A stretch of DNA of 60,953 nucleotides, the filler included. It is 6 parts of 6 records of this genome, joined end to end, with 100 filler letters (N's around TTAATTAATTAA, not from the genome) between each part and the next. Parts side by side here need not be neighbours in the genome. Positions count along the whole stretch, not along the records: positions 31,131 to 36,544 come from SRR15195285_1186; positions 36,645 to 57,289 come from SRR15195285_1188; 4 more parts are not named here. One strand, given 5' to 3'. Positions 31,565 through 42,600 of this stretch are shown here, in pieces. The stretch's first letter is position 1. Every line of letters begins with the position of its first letter. The notes under the pieces are model-generated. The model was not told the DNA's origin. It searched no databases and worked only from the letters and a program-made list of their open reading frames with translations. A program made the translations under genes and the position numbers.

Positions 31565-34106
31565 ATGGACGCCATCGCGTCCATCGCGGGCGCTGGAATC
31601 ACGGGCAAGCTTGAGGAGATAGACACAAAGCATATGGATGACGACGGCCAGTATACTGGTCGCACGCTCTGCGGGAATCCACTGGGGCATTCGGTCGGGT
31701 TGCTCATCAGCGCTGGCTTGCAGACGTGGGACAGCTTTTCGGACATTGCCGTCACACTGACCTTCGCGTACAGTGGAGACATCCATTGGTTTTTGGCTGG
31801 GTTCTCAATCCAGGTTGTCTGCGGATGTGTAGTCGGCTTAATGCATGCACACTGCTGCAGCGTGAGGCACGGAGATGGTGGTGGACGGGAATCACTACAG
31901 GCTCACTCGTCGATGTCGCAGAAGACGATCCTAGCTCACACATCCAAACACACGGACGTCGGCAAGTGGTTGACCTGGATCATTGCCCCGGTGTTGGGGA
32001 TATTCGGCCTCATACCTGCTACAGTGTGTGTGCTGGCTCTGAAAGAGAACGGCAGCGTAAATTCCAAAAAACACCTCGCTGAGAGCAGTGACGCAGATGC
32101 GCAGTGTTACGACGCACACGCAGAGGAGGTAGCAGAATCTGCACAGGAGAACACCCACCTAGTCTATCTCCAGGCGGGGCTGGAGCTGATCCTCGAAAGT
32201 ATGCCACAGGCAGTTCTGCAAACTTACATCGCGGTGTCATACGGCCAGTTCGACCAACATACTGCCACAATGAGCCGGCCAGTCGTTATTCTGCTCGCTA
32301 CCTCCATTTGTTGCTCGTTCCTAGCTTCTGGAGTCGTCATGTACGATCTGGAGTCGGAGGAACGCAACCAAGACCTACCGAGTAGTGCTCATCTGCACAT
32401 ATTTTCACTCTACGGTGCTTTGACTATCGTAGGCCGTGCAGGTCAGGTCGCGTCGTTGGTGTTCGCTAATGCGCTGTGCGCGTGCGCATTCAAGGCGACG
32501 GCCTTTCCGAGCATCATACTAGCTGTGCTACTGCTCTACGTGCTTACGATGTACAGCAAGATCCAGTGTAAGGGTGCCAGACGTACGGTGTCGCCGAACA
32601 CATTGGAAGTCTTTCAATACGTAGGTCACGCGATTTATGTACTGGTGATGATGATGATGTTCTATCTTTTGCCTCACATGGAGAATGACTATGGCGGCAT
32701 GTCTGATGGTAGCCACTCATTGATGCCCCAGACGTTCGATTGCAAACAGCGCCACACCAGCATTGCCGTGCTTTGGTTCTCGTTGAGCTTGGCGGTTGTC
32801 TTTATGTTTGCCAGCCTCCTGCTCGACCCACAGTGGGGTTGCAGGGCTGATGCGTCGACTCGGCGTCAGTTAGCCACAGCTCGAGCTGAAGAGGATGCTT
32901 TGTCAGAACTCCGAGTCGCTCGAGCATGGGTCACAGCATCAATATCAAATTTAGCAGATACAGAAGCTGGAGATCAGTGGCAGCTGGAGGACAAGGAAGA
33001 CAATATAGCGGAAGTTGATCTGCAGGATTTCAGCTGGGTAGTTCGGGAGTATCGTCGGCAGATGCTAGCAGCGATTGGAAAGCAAGTGCAGAGGGCCTGT
33101 GAGCTTCACTGCAAACAGACTGGGCAGCCATGTAATCGGGAAGCTCAATGGAAGTACAGAGAGCGCAGAAAACTACGCTGGGAGGCGTCGAGTTACTTTT
33201 TGTTCGTCGAGTATGCTGCTTGGGAGTACGGCGAAAATCGTACCGAGACCAATCTGCACGACCAGCATATTGCACATAAGGAACACACACAGCGAAAAAT
33301 TGATGTGGATGAAGTCCGCGAGTTAGTAGACGAGTACGATAGTCTCTTCGAAAGCTTCTTGTCGCAGACGTACGCCCACCCGCGGTGAGTTGCTTTGACT
33401 TCCTAGTTCCCGACCCTGATCTTGGCTGCCAGCGCAAAATTTAGCTCGCATTCGTTCCAAATTGATGCACAGGTGTTACAAGTGGGAGGAGCAAGCGCTT
33501 TGGGAAGCGTCCGAGAATGTGGTCGAGCTCGAAGAGCAGTTGAGCTTCACAACGATGTACAAACTGGCGCCTCGCAGACATAGATTCCGTCGCAGAAGGG
33601 ATTGGGTCAAGCAAATCGTTCGGCTTGTCCCGGAGTCAGATGAGGAAAACGTCGGAAGTGTGGTCGATAGTGGCAAGCACAGCAGCAATGATGTCGTTGG
33701 TGGGAAGATTGAGTGTTTCGATATCACAGCGTTCAACTTGGCCAATCATCACGACGACGCTGCGCTGCAGCCAGTAGAAATATTGCTGTTGAGGGATGTG
33801 ACGCACTGTCGAGATCCCCAGCTAAACTCACGAGTAGACAAGCGTGCGAACCACGCCATTGAGCTGGTGTCACCAACACAAGCGTGGATCGTAGCAGCTG
33901 AATCCATTAAGGACAAGCGTAGATGGCTGAAGAAGATGACTACTCTGCTCCCAAGCCACACTGCAATGGACGAAGCATTGGAAGACCTGCATGGTGAGGC
34001 TGCGCGACGAAAGCATCGACTCAAACGGCCGAGTGAACGCAAAGCGCATCTCGAGACACACAACCCTACGTTCGAGAGGAGCTTGGATTCGGAGAATGGC
34101 AGATGA
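31565..34106 (+). CDS. XK-related (Xkr scramblase-like) multipass membrane protein with C-terminal PH domain (exons 31565-33384, 33473-34106; 817 aa)
   Basis: Multiple hydrophobic helices. XK-like motifs DSFSDI and LELILESMPQAVLQTY. Exon 2 has a PH-like pattern MYKLAP...WVKQIVRL...HAIELVSPTQAWIVAAESIKDKRRWLKKM. Confidence 0.75.
33385..33472 (+). other. Intron (88 bp)
   Basis: CG|GTGAGT...TGCACAG|G, phase 2, joins ...YAHPR-CYKWEE... in frame. Confidence 0.85.
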
Positions 34107-34275
34107 TAGTCGTACGTAGGTCATGATGGAAGGTGACCTTGCGAGTGGTGACACGAGCTGTAAGGATTTCTCTAGTCCGGTCGTGACAGTATAGAACTGA
34201 TTCTGCGCGTCAAGATTCTGGCCTTGATCGCACGCCTCAGCATTTAATCAAATTTACTCATGCGGAGGTTCACGC

Positions 34276-36048
34276 TCACGCCTCAGTGGACACTACACGT
34301 GCGGGTGCAGTCTGCTTGCCCGGCCTGCCGCCTCGCGTGCTACCTTTGCCTCGGCCCCTTCCACCTCTGCCTCGCGAAACGCGTCCGCCACGGCTGCCGT
34401 GAGAAGGATGCCGGTCGTCCCGTTCGGTTGCTTCACAAGTCGAGCCACCGTGAATTGGGTTTCCACGGCCCCTATTGCTCCGATTTCTGCTTTTGCTCCC
34501 GCCTGGAGAACTACGGCTAGGCGTGCCGACAGCAGACTGTGCGGATTGTGAGGAGCTACCGTCTGCTGCAGTACCACCAGTAAACCCACCGCTGATTGGC
34601 TTCCCAGTCGGACGCATCGACCGCTGAGATGACGTGCTACCGTCGTCAGCAGTGTTTGGACGCTGGGCCCGACCTTTGCTGTTGGAACCACGCCTAGAAG
34701 ACTTACTGGCTGCGCGTTCTCGCCTTGGCGGAGCTTTGTTCACTGCAGTAGTAGCCACAGCACGGACGGCGTTGGCCTTGCTGCGCTCCAAGGCTTCATC
34801 ATCCAAAGGAACGTCTCCAATTGAGTGCGACGCGAAGGCGGAGAAGACCGGCTCCGTCGCCGCAAGCGTAGACTCTGTAGCAGGACCATTTGCTGTGCCA
34901 GGCGGCTGCCGTAGCGCAGCATGTGCCGCGATAGTGTCTGCAAGGTGCAATCCAGACTCCGCTGCGCCTTCAATGCACGGCGACGTGAACCAATCCCCAC
35001 ACACCCCGACTGCGGAGTCAAAGTCCAGAACAGATGGCGCCTCGCCACAAAGCACGTTGAGTGGCACTGCGGCTCCCCACAGCTGCACAAATGTGTGCAC
35101 TGGCTGTGGACTGTGCCCGTCTGCTGTGATCAGTCCAGCGACTTGAAAAAAAGCCTGCAGCATCAGGTCTGTGACTTGGGCTCTCTTTCCGGCAGGAATA
35201 TCTTCCTGTGGGCACTTGTTCGCCGTGCCAAACTGTCGCGTGCTAAGCAAGGTCCACGCCTCGTAGCCCTGGTGCTGCAAGCCGGGCTTCTTGGAGTTGT
35301 TGCCAGCCCAGGAGAGCACCGGGTGCTGCTCGATCTCGGCGCCCGCCCACGGGAAGCCAAGAGGCTTATCAAAGACTGCGATGCACATCCACAGTGAGCT
35401 GAGATGCATTTTCGTCGGGGCCGTTACCTTGGGGGCGAACTTGCACTGCAGCAGCCGGTGGATGGTCGGCACGCCGGCCTTTGCCATCAGCCGGTCTGCG
35501 CATTTGCCATTGTGAGCTACGACGACGTAGTCGACCTCAGCCAGCAGGCCGCCGCGACCGTCGAGGACACGCCACATTCCACTCTGCGTGCGCTCCAGAT
35601 TGCTAACCCACACGTTCTTCTTCACGTCGCCAAGCTCGTGGGCTACTCCCGCCCACAGCTCCCCCATACCGCCGCTGCCTGCCGCCACCCAACGACACAG
35701 CGGGCTGTTCGTCTCGGGAGTCGGGAGTGTTCGGAAGCTGGCGCCAGGTGAGAGAACGGCGACAGGCTCCGTCCATCTGGCGACCAAACCGGCTTCCGCC
35801 CAGCGCTTCACATAGCTGGCGAACGGCGCGCGCTGCGAAAGGAAAAACTGCGCAGCGTGGTCAACCGTCAGGCTGACACGCTCCCCGTCGACTCCTTTGA
35901 ACCCCAGCCGCCGCGAGCTCGCTCGGCCGCCGACGTTGCGCTTGCCCGTGTCGAACACAATCGGCGCCAGGCCCAGCTCTCGCAGCCGCGTGGCGCACAT
36001 CAGGCCTGACACGCCGCCGCCGATGATGCCGACGGACGGAGGCGCCAT
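34276..36048 (-). CDS. Renalase-like FAD/NAD(P)-dependent oxidoreductase with low-complexity RGG-rich C-terminal tail
   Basis: Rossmann motif VGIIGGGVSGL, then GGRASSR, DHAAQFF and VCGDWF...IEGAAESG. Tail SRGGRVSRGRGGRGRGKGSTRGGRPG. Confidence 0.88.
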   Translation of the reverse strand: MAPPSVGIIGGGVSGLMCATRLRELGLAPIVFDTGKRNVGGRASSRRLGFKGVDGERVSLTVDHAAQFFLSQRAPFASYVKRWAEAGLVARWTEPVAVLSPGASFRTLPTPETNSPLCRWVAAGSGGMGELWAGVAHELGDVKKNVWVSNLERTQSGMWRVLDGRGGLLAEVDYVVVAHNGKCADRLMAKAGVPTIHRLLQCKFAPKVTAPTKMHLSSLWMCIAVFDKPLGFPWAGAEIEQHPVLSWAGNNSKKPGLQHQGYEAWTLLSTRQFGTANKCPQEDIPAGKRAQVTDLMLQAFFQVAGLITADGHSPQPVHTFVQLWGAAVPLNVLCGEAPSVLDFDSAVGVCGDWFTSPCIEGAAESGLHLADTIAAHAALRQPPGTANGPATESTLAATEPVFSAFASHSIGDVPLDDEALERSKANAVRAVATTAVNKAPPRRERAASKSSRRGSNSKGRAQRPNTADDGSTSSQRSMRPTGKPISGGFTGGTAADGSSSQSAQSAVGTPSRSSPGGSKSRNRSNRGRGNPIHGGSTCEATERDDRHPSHGSRGGRVSRGRGGRGRGKGSTRGGRPGKQTAPARVVSTEA

Positions 36049-36544
36049 TCAGCAGCTGACCTGTCCAGTGTCCTGTTGCCGTAGCGCTGAACAGCACTAG
36101 ATCTAGTACGCGGCTGACCTGTCGTGTTCCGCAAGCGTACCTGACGAGCGTCGCGCGGCCAACCAAGAGGGGGGGGTTACATGTACCGGTAGTGTTCTTT
36201 TCAATTCTTCTGCGGTCTGTACTGTACTCGTGTACTGGAAAATCGTACCATTTTGTGTTTGTCGGGACTCGGATCCTATCAATACATGTAGCTCAGGGCG
36301 TCGCCAGGGTGTACCAGCAGTCCAACTGAGAATCGACCCAGCAGGGTAAGCGCGCGCGTCCGCGTGGGTGGTCACCCCTGAGGCGTGCTCAACAGGTGTC
36401 GAATGTGTGGCTGCGGAGAGCCGTGAACTCAGCATCAGAAATACGGACAGTTGGTTCTTAACAAGTCCCAGGAAATGTATACTACTACTAGTATTCATCT
36501 GCCTCATAAGTCTCTGAATCAGAATTCAGTATTGGAATTCCCTA

Positions 36545-36644
36545 NNNNNNNNNNNNNNNNNNNNNNNNNNNNNNNNNNNNNNNNNNNNTTAATTAATTAA
36601 NNNNNNNNNNNNNNNNNNNNNNNNNNNNNNNNNNNNNNNNNNNN
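36545..36644. other. Artificial contig spacer
   Basis: Same linker. Confidence 0.99.
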
Positions 36645-39600
36645 CCATACACACTCGACAGCTCGTTCTTCTCGATGACGGTCACTGGGTTCTGGAACTT
36701 TGACCTACCAGATGTGTCGTTTGGGTTCTCCGGTAACTTTAGCAATTCTACGCACTTGTTTCGTCCGTGCTTATCGGATGCCCCTGCTGATTGTAATCAG
36801 ACTTGCGTATGGAGAGACTTTGCGTACTTTGATGATGACGTTCCGAGGATATATATCGGCTTTGACGACAACTGCTTCTCTGATTACGTACCCAAGTCCG
36901 ATGGTACTGTGGACCTGTACGCTTACATTGCCACGGACCTGGAAGACACGACAATGATCAGCACAACAATGGGCACAGCACTGACTGACTTCGTGTCTGA
37001 AAGTTCTCGAAGCACCTTCATTGCTGCTCAATCAGGCGTCATGGTTGCCATCACTTTAGATATTGACATACACGATTGGACATCTGATCACGGAGTCATT
37101 ATCGTCAACGAAGTGGCAGGACTTCTACAGCTGCCACCAAGCGACGTGCTTTTTGTGAGCGTTAAGGCAGCTTCAGTAATCGTCACGATTCAGATTGTCA
37201 ACCCAGATGGGGCAGCCCTCGTAGCTGCGCTTCAAGCTTTAATAATAGATGACGAACACTCAACATTGTACACAAGTACTAGTCTTCTTGCTCAGGTTGT
37301 CGCCTCGATTCCATTGACCGTGGAGCACGTGCGTGGAGCCCAAGAGAGTGGTCCGTTTTACCTTGATCGGTCGTTTTTCGAGAGAAATTTTACTCGGTTT
37401 TTCGACCCTGGTCAGCCGGATGCTCGGTTTCTGTTCCATGGCGCTGCAAATGGATCTTACGTATTCAGACCTTGCTTTCATACACCGCCTAACTTCACGA
37501 AATCAGGGGGAAATCTATCTTCGCTGCTCGAGGAATGCAGTACCTCTGCCAAATCTGTTGTGCAGTCCGACTGCGAAGTTGTTCGGCCACCACGACCCCC
37601 AGAGCAAGCTGGATGGCGCTTGAACTGGAGTGAGCTGCGCAAGAAATGGAACTGGACACCTGAAGACAATGAGGTGCCGACAGCAGAACAGACAGTCTGG
37701 GTTGAGCCTGACGACAATAGATGCCAGAAAAGCCTGCCTGGTCGTGAGCTCTGCGTATGGAGGGACATCAAGCATTATGAGAACAACCCGCCTGCGATCG
37801 AGATATCTTTTGACGACCCCTGCTTTGCACTGTATCCACCTGACCACAGCGTCCTCTCACTATTCGCGTGGGTGACCACTGACGGGGGAGAGAATGAGCT
37901 AGTGTCAGTCTCGATGGAAAAGGGTGTGGCGTGGCAGTGGAAACCGGATGTGAATGTTGACCTGCTGTCTGTATACTCGGGAAACGCCACTGGACTGAAC
38001 CCGCGCTCACTTGTAGATGCAGGGAGCATAGCCACAGGACTCGACGTGCGAGCATATTCAGGCGTGCGGAACAAAAACGGTTTGGACATATTTGACGGAT
38101 CTAGAAACCGTGGCGTTGATACCAACCAGATCGGGGAGATCAATGAGCCTGCTGCTTTTCTCGTCCCTCCACCACCTCCGTTACCGTGGGGTCGAAACAT
38201 GTGGCTCAGGGATTTGAGTCCGTACTACCAAGAGCCTGACCTCCCGGCGCTTGGAAATGTTAGCTGCTCGGACTCCGGTCCCCCATGCCTCAATGGTGGC
38301 ATCTGCCGTGGTACCAACATCGACGATAAGCAACAAAATAACCCGCTACAGTTTGTGGATGGCGCTGTCTGCGCTTGCCCGTACGAATTTGGTGGGCAGT
38401 TCTGCAGCGTGGAGCGCTTCGTCGAGGTGAACGAGTCGACACCGTTTCCTCCAGAGGTATACAATCTTACGCTGAACATCAAGGGGCCCCGTGCCGCAGA
38501 CGTACCAACATGGTCCGAGCTAACTGTGTGGGACACAAACGAATGCTTGCTGGCGAACGGCGGGTGTGGTCACCCTTTGTCTGCATGGTGTGAAAATCGC
38601 TGTGGGCAATTGCCGCTTTGTCATTACACAGATGGGACTGTGCTCGAGGCACCCAACGTGACAGCGATGCTACTGCTGACCCAGAAGTTCGAAGGGTTCG
38701 GTGGAGAATTCTCGGACAGGCGCGCTCAGCAGCTTCACCAGTGGGACACTCAGCAAACTGCAATTTATCGCATGGAGCTGGGTGCTGCTGCTGCTGGAGG
38801 GGTGGTACCATCGAGTGTTCATGCGCCGCTGGACGGCTGGCAGAACGGATCTTGGAACAATCATTCACTGCACAACAAAACACTATTCAACGGCACTATT
38901 GGGCGCCGACATCTGCAGTATCAATTGTCTCCAGATGATGTGGGGCCAATTGATGGGCTGGACACGAAGAGCGGTGGAGCTTACGTGTCTATGGATGCTA
39001 ACGTGTCTACGGATGTGCTCGTGCAAGCTTACGGGTCGGTGCAAGAGTTTTGCTCGCACAATCTCATCAATGAGAACAGTACAGAAGCTATCATTGAGCT
39101 TTGCAACAACACTGAGCCGGTGTACGAGGAGTACGTCCCGGATGCATACGTTGATGCAAGTGCTCTGCTGTGTCGCGGCGAAGATGCGCAAACTAGAGAC
39201 TTCGTCGTACAGTCAAACATGATTAATCCCGCAGAGCACTGCAATGCTGGGTGGAGACCAGATATTTGTCTGGGAGAGGGGAAAACGTGGACCTATACCG
39301 TCCGTATGGCGCAAGCCCCAGCCTCGAACGTAACACTAACGGTATCGGGCAAATTTCTGCAGACAAATGTGAGTGTTGTGTTTACTCCAGATGACTACAA
39401 TATTCCGCACAATATTACTGTTTTCATGGCAGACAACATGGCGATCACCGGGCATGCATGGATGGAGATTGTGCACACATTTGTTGGCGGCGTGCAACCG
39501 ATAGACGATGAAGCACTTTTAGGTGCACTTGGGCGGAATTCTGCAGGTCATCTATGCTCCAACCGCAGCAAGTACCATTGTAGTGATGGACGGACAGCTT

Positions 39601-42600
39601 GGTCTCATGCGCGTGTGCCAAACCTGCCCGCTGACAACATGACCGGCTGGCTACAGGGTGACAACATGACCGGCATGGGCGCATGGACTCCTGGAAGACT
39701 TTGGAGTTCGACAACGAACAGTTATTACCCACTGCGGCTACCTGTGCTATATCTTGACAACGATCGTTTCGAAATGCATCCTTATCTTGGAGAAATTGGC
39801 CGTAAATTCCAGCTAGATACGCGCGTCGAAGCTGAGCAGCCTGCCTGGCGTGGACCGTTCACGTTGGGTCCGTCATTTTTTTCGGCCAACACTGCGCGTT
39901 GCCCTGATGGATCAACAGAATGGCCAGATGAAAGTTGCCTTGATGGCGCTGAGTGGGACAAGCGAAAGAGGATATTGACAACCGCTAAATCCGCTTTCCC
40001 CCCGGCGCCTCCACTTGTGGCAGACTGTGAAATGGAGTCGTGCTCACTGTCAGGTGAGGATCCTGGGTTCTGGACACACGACAGGCGCTTTGGTCTGCCG
40101 GACGTCTCGTTCAGGTTTTTTGGGCCATTCGGCTCCGTGGATAAGATTCCTTTGAAGCATCCACAGCAAGCTTTGTACGCGTTTCGACCGTGCTACGTAG
40201 AGCCGCCTGGCCTGCCTAGTGACTTTTACGACTTGAACAATATCAAGTGCCCTGAGATGGCGAAGTACCACCTCGAACTGGATGACGAAGAGGAGGCCCC
40301 GCCCTATCCTAACCAGTACAGGGGCCCAGCACAAGACCAAGCAGAAGACCCATTGTGTCTGTGGTCGGTAGTCTATCAGTGGGAGCTCAACCCTCCGACG
40401 CTGTATATCGGGTACGATGACCCGTGCTGGAACGCTTATCCACTCGACGAGCAGAACATGTACGTTGACCTTTACTTTTTCATTACCGACGTTTGGGGGG
40501 CCGACTTCGAAGCTGTCTCTGGATTTGGTGAGATTCCTGATGTCGGCGACATGGCTGCGCCCGAAGTTCCTGGCGAAGGTCCTGGGGGCATGGGTGTCCC
40601 AGGACTGCCTACCGGGCCAACCCAGCAATTCTCTCTCGGCGATCCAATTACCATACGCATTTCAATGGAAAAAGGAAAACGGCTCAACCCTGCTCTGATG
40701 CCGGATAATGTCGGTACGCAGGGGAAGGCGGGCACCTCTGCTGTCGTTGCATCCACCGCTCTTGGCGCCATGTTCGGTGATCCCGTCGGTATGATCAAGA
40801 ATTTGCAAGAGACAGCGGCTGGTGGCTCTACCAACGCGCCGCTGAACGCCAACATGCGGCTTTTTGCTTCCAAATTTGGTTGGGTTAACATGGGATTCTT
40901 GAACCCGCCACCAGAATCGTTGGTGAACATGATGGTCCCTGGAGAGTATCGCACCCCACGACGCCGTCTCCGGCAGCTCAATGAAGCCGCAGCAAACGGC
41001 ACAGACGCACCCGAGGAATCCGATGACAAAACTTCTATTTCATCTGACTTACCTGACCCCAATGAGTCAGGCAATACCGGATTCTTGCGCAAGAGCGGTT
41101 TGTCTGCTGATGAGTTTTTCATTGGCACCATGCTAGCAATCCTGCTCGTACCTTTGGTCACCGGTGTGGTGCATGGGCCGTTGGTAAAACGTACTGAGAG
41201 GTTGAGAAACACTGCGCGCAACACAGTGCTTGACAAGCAGGCAATGATTCTGAAGCACAAGCAGTTCCAGCAGTTTGCGCCTGAGTTTGACGACTTGCTG
41301 CAGAAAATGCCTGAGTGGGAAACTCCCCCAAAGTTCAAGCTGTCTGCACTACTCCTGGGAATTGTAACGTTACAAAACATGGGTATCTGTCAAGCATCTT
41401 TGCTTGCAATCTTCGAACCTTCTGCAGTTACGACGAAACTGATGGCCATGGTGTGCATGTGTGTGTTTCCTGGGGGGTTTATCGTGTATACATACATCAC
41501 GCTTCGCGGCGTGATGGAGCCAGAGGCCAAGATTCCTCTGATTCTCACTGGGGGCATCGGAGTTCGCTACTGGACATTTGCACAGGTGGTGCTGCAGTCC
41601 ATTCCTAAAGCCCTTCAGCCGTACGACATCACATTCGAGTACTCAATTCCGCCAGAGCTCCGTGAAAAGCCTGTGCCCGTCGTACCATTCGTCCCGCCCG
41701 GCACGGCGCCGGAAGATGCGAAAGTGATTTTGCAAGAGGCTGCCGACGCCAACAAAGAGATCGCGACGGCCCGGCTACACGCAATCAAAAAGCTCGGCCC
41801 AGAGGCTGCTGTGCTGATGGGGAAATGGAACGTCAAGACGCCGGTGGCCGAGCAATGGATGGGTGTCTACGGCCAACAGTTCAAGATGTACACGAACAAT
41901 GGCTTCTGGCTAGTAGCCTTGGATCAGACAAAGCGCCTGATCCAAATCATTCTCCTTGCTGCGCTTGGGAGCTTGCCAGCACTCGGTCCCATGCAGGTCA
42001 AGCTACTGACCGCGCTTGCACTTGCAGAGTTCGTGATCATTTGCAAAACCCGTCCGTTCGTCAAGCTCTTCCAAAATTTGGAAGTGATTGGTACGCATTA
42101 TACAAAGATGTCGCAAATGGTAGCACCGATTCTGCTGAATCTGCACCTGGTTGAAGACCAGTTTACTGCGCTGTACATGATGGCAATGAATGGTATCGCC
42201 GTAGGTGTCGGAGTGGTCAAAGAATTCGGCGGTGCCATTTGGCCAATAATTAAGTTTGTCGAGGAAGAGGGGGAGGCAGTCGTCGGCGGTGCTTTGAAAA
42301 CCGTATTGGCCTTCTTTATTATGCTTGGTTACATCAAACGCAAGGTCCTTGGTGGAATGGAGCGACCGAAGCCTCCGCCCCCGATATGGCAGATGATCAA
42401 GATGCCGCCACCAGTTATCAACTTGCTCGCGGAGATGATGCCCGCGCCTGTGATGGAAGGTCTAACGTTGGCTATTGGTGACGCAAATCCAATCTTGAAG
42501 GCGTACGCGCAGACTTTTTCCAAGGTTGGGGCGGAATGGATGAAAGCCGAGGGAGCGAAGGAGCTCGAACGTCAATTCAAGCAGGTCCTTGATAGCCACC

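Noticed and set aside
36103-36507. 134-aa minus-strand ORF upstream of the oxidoreductase
   Set aside because: No motif and atypical codon usage; probably promoter or intergenic DNA.
39630-39680. Short tandem duplication TGACAACATGACCGGC (DNMTG x2)
   Set aside because: A local in-frame coding duplication with no evidence of an element.
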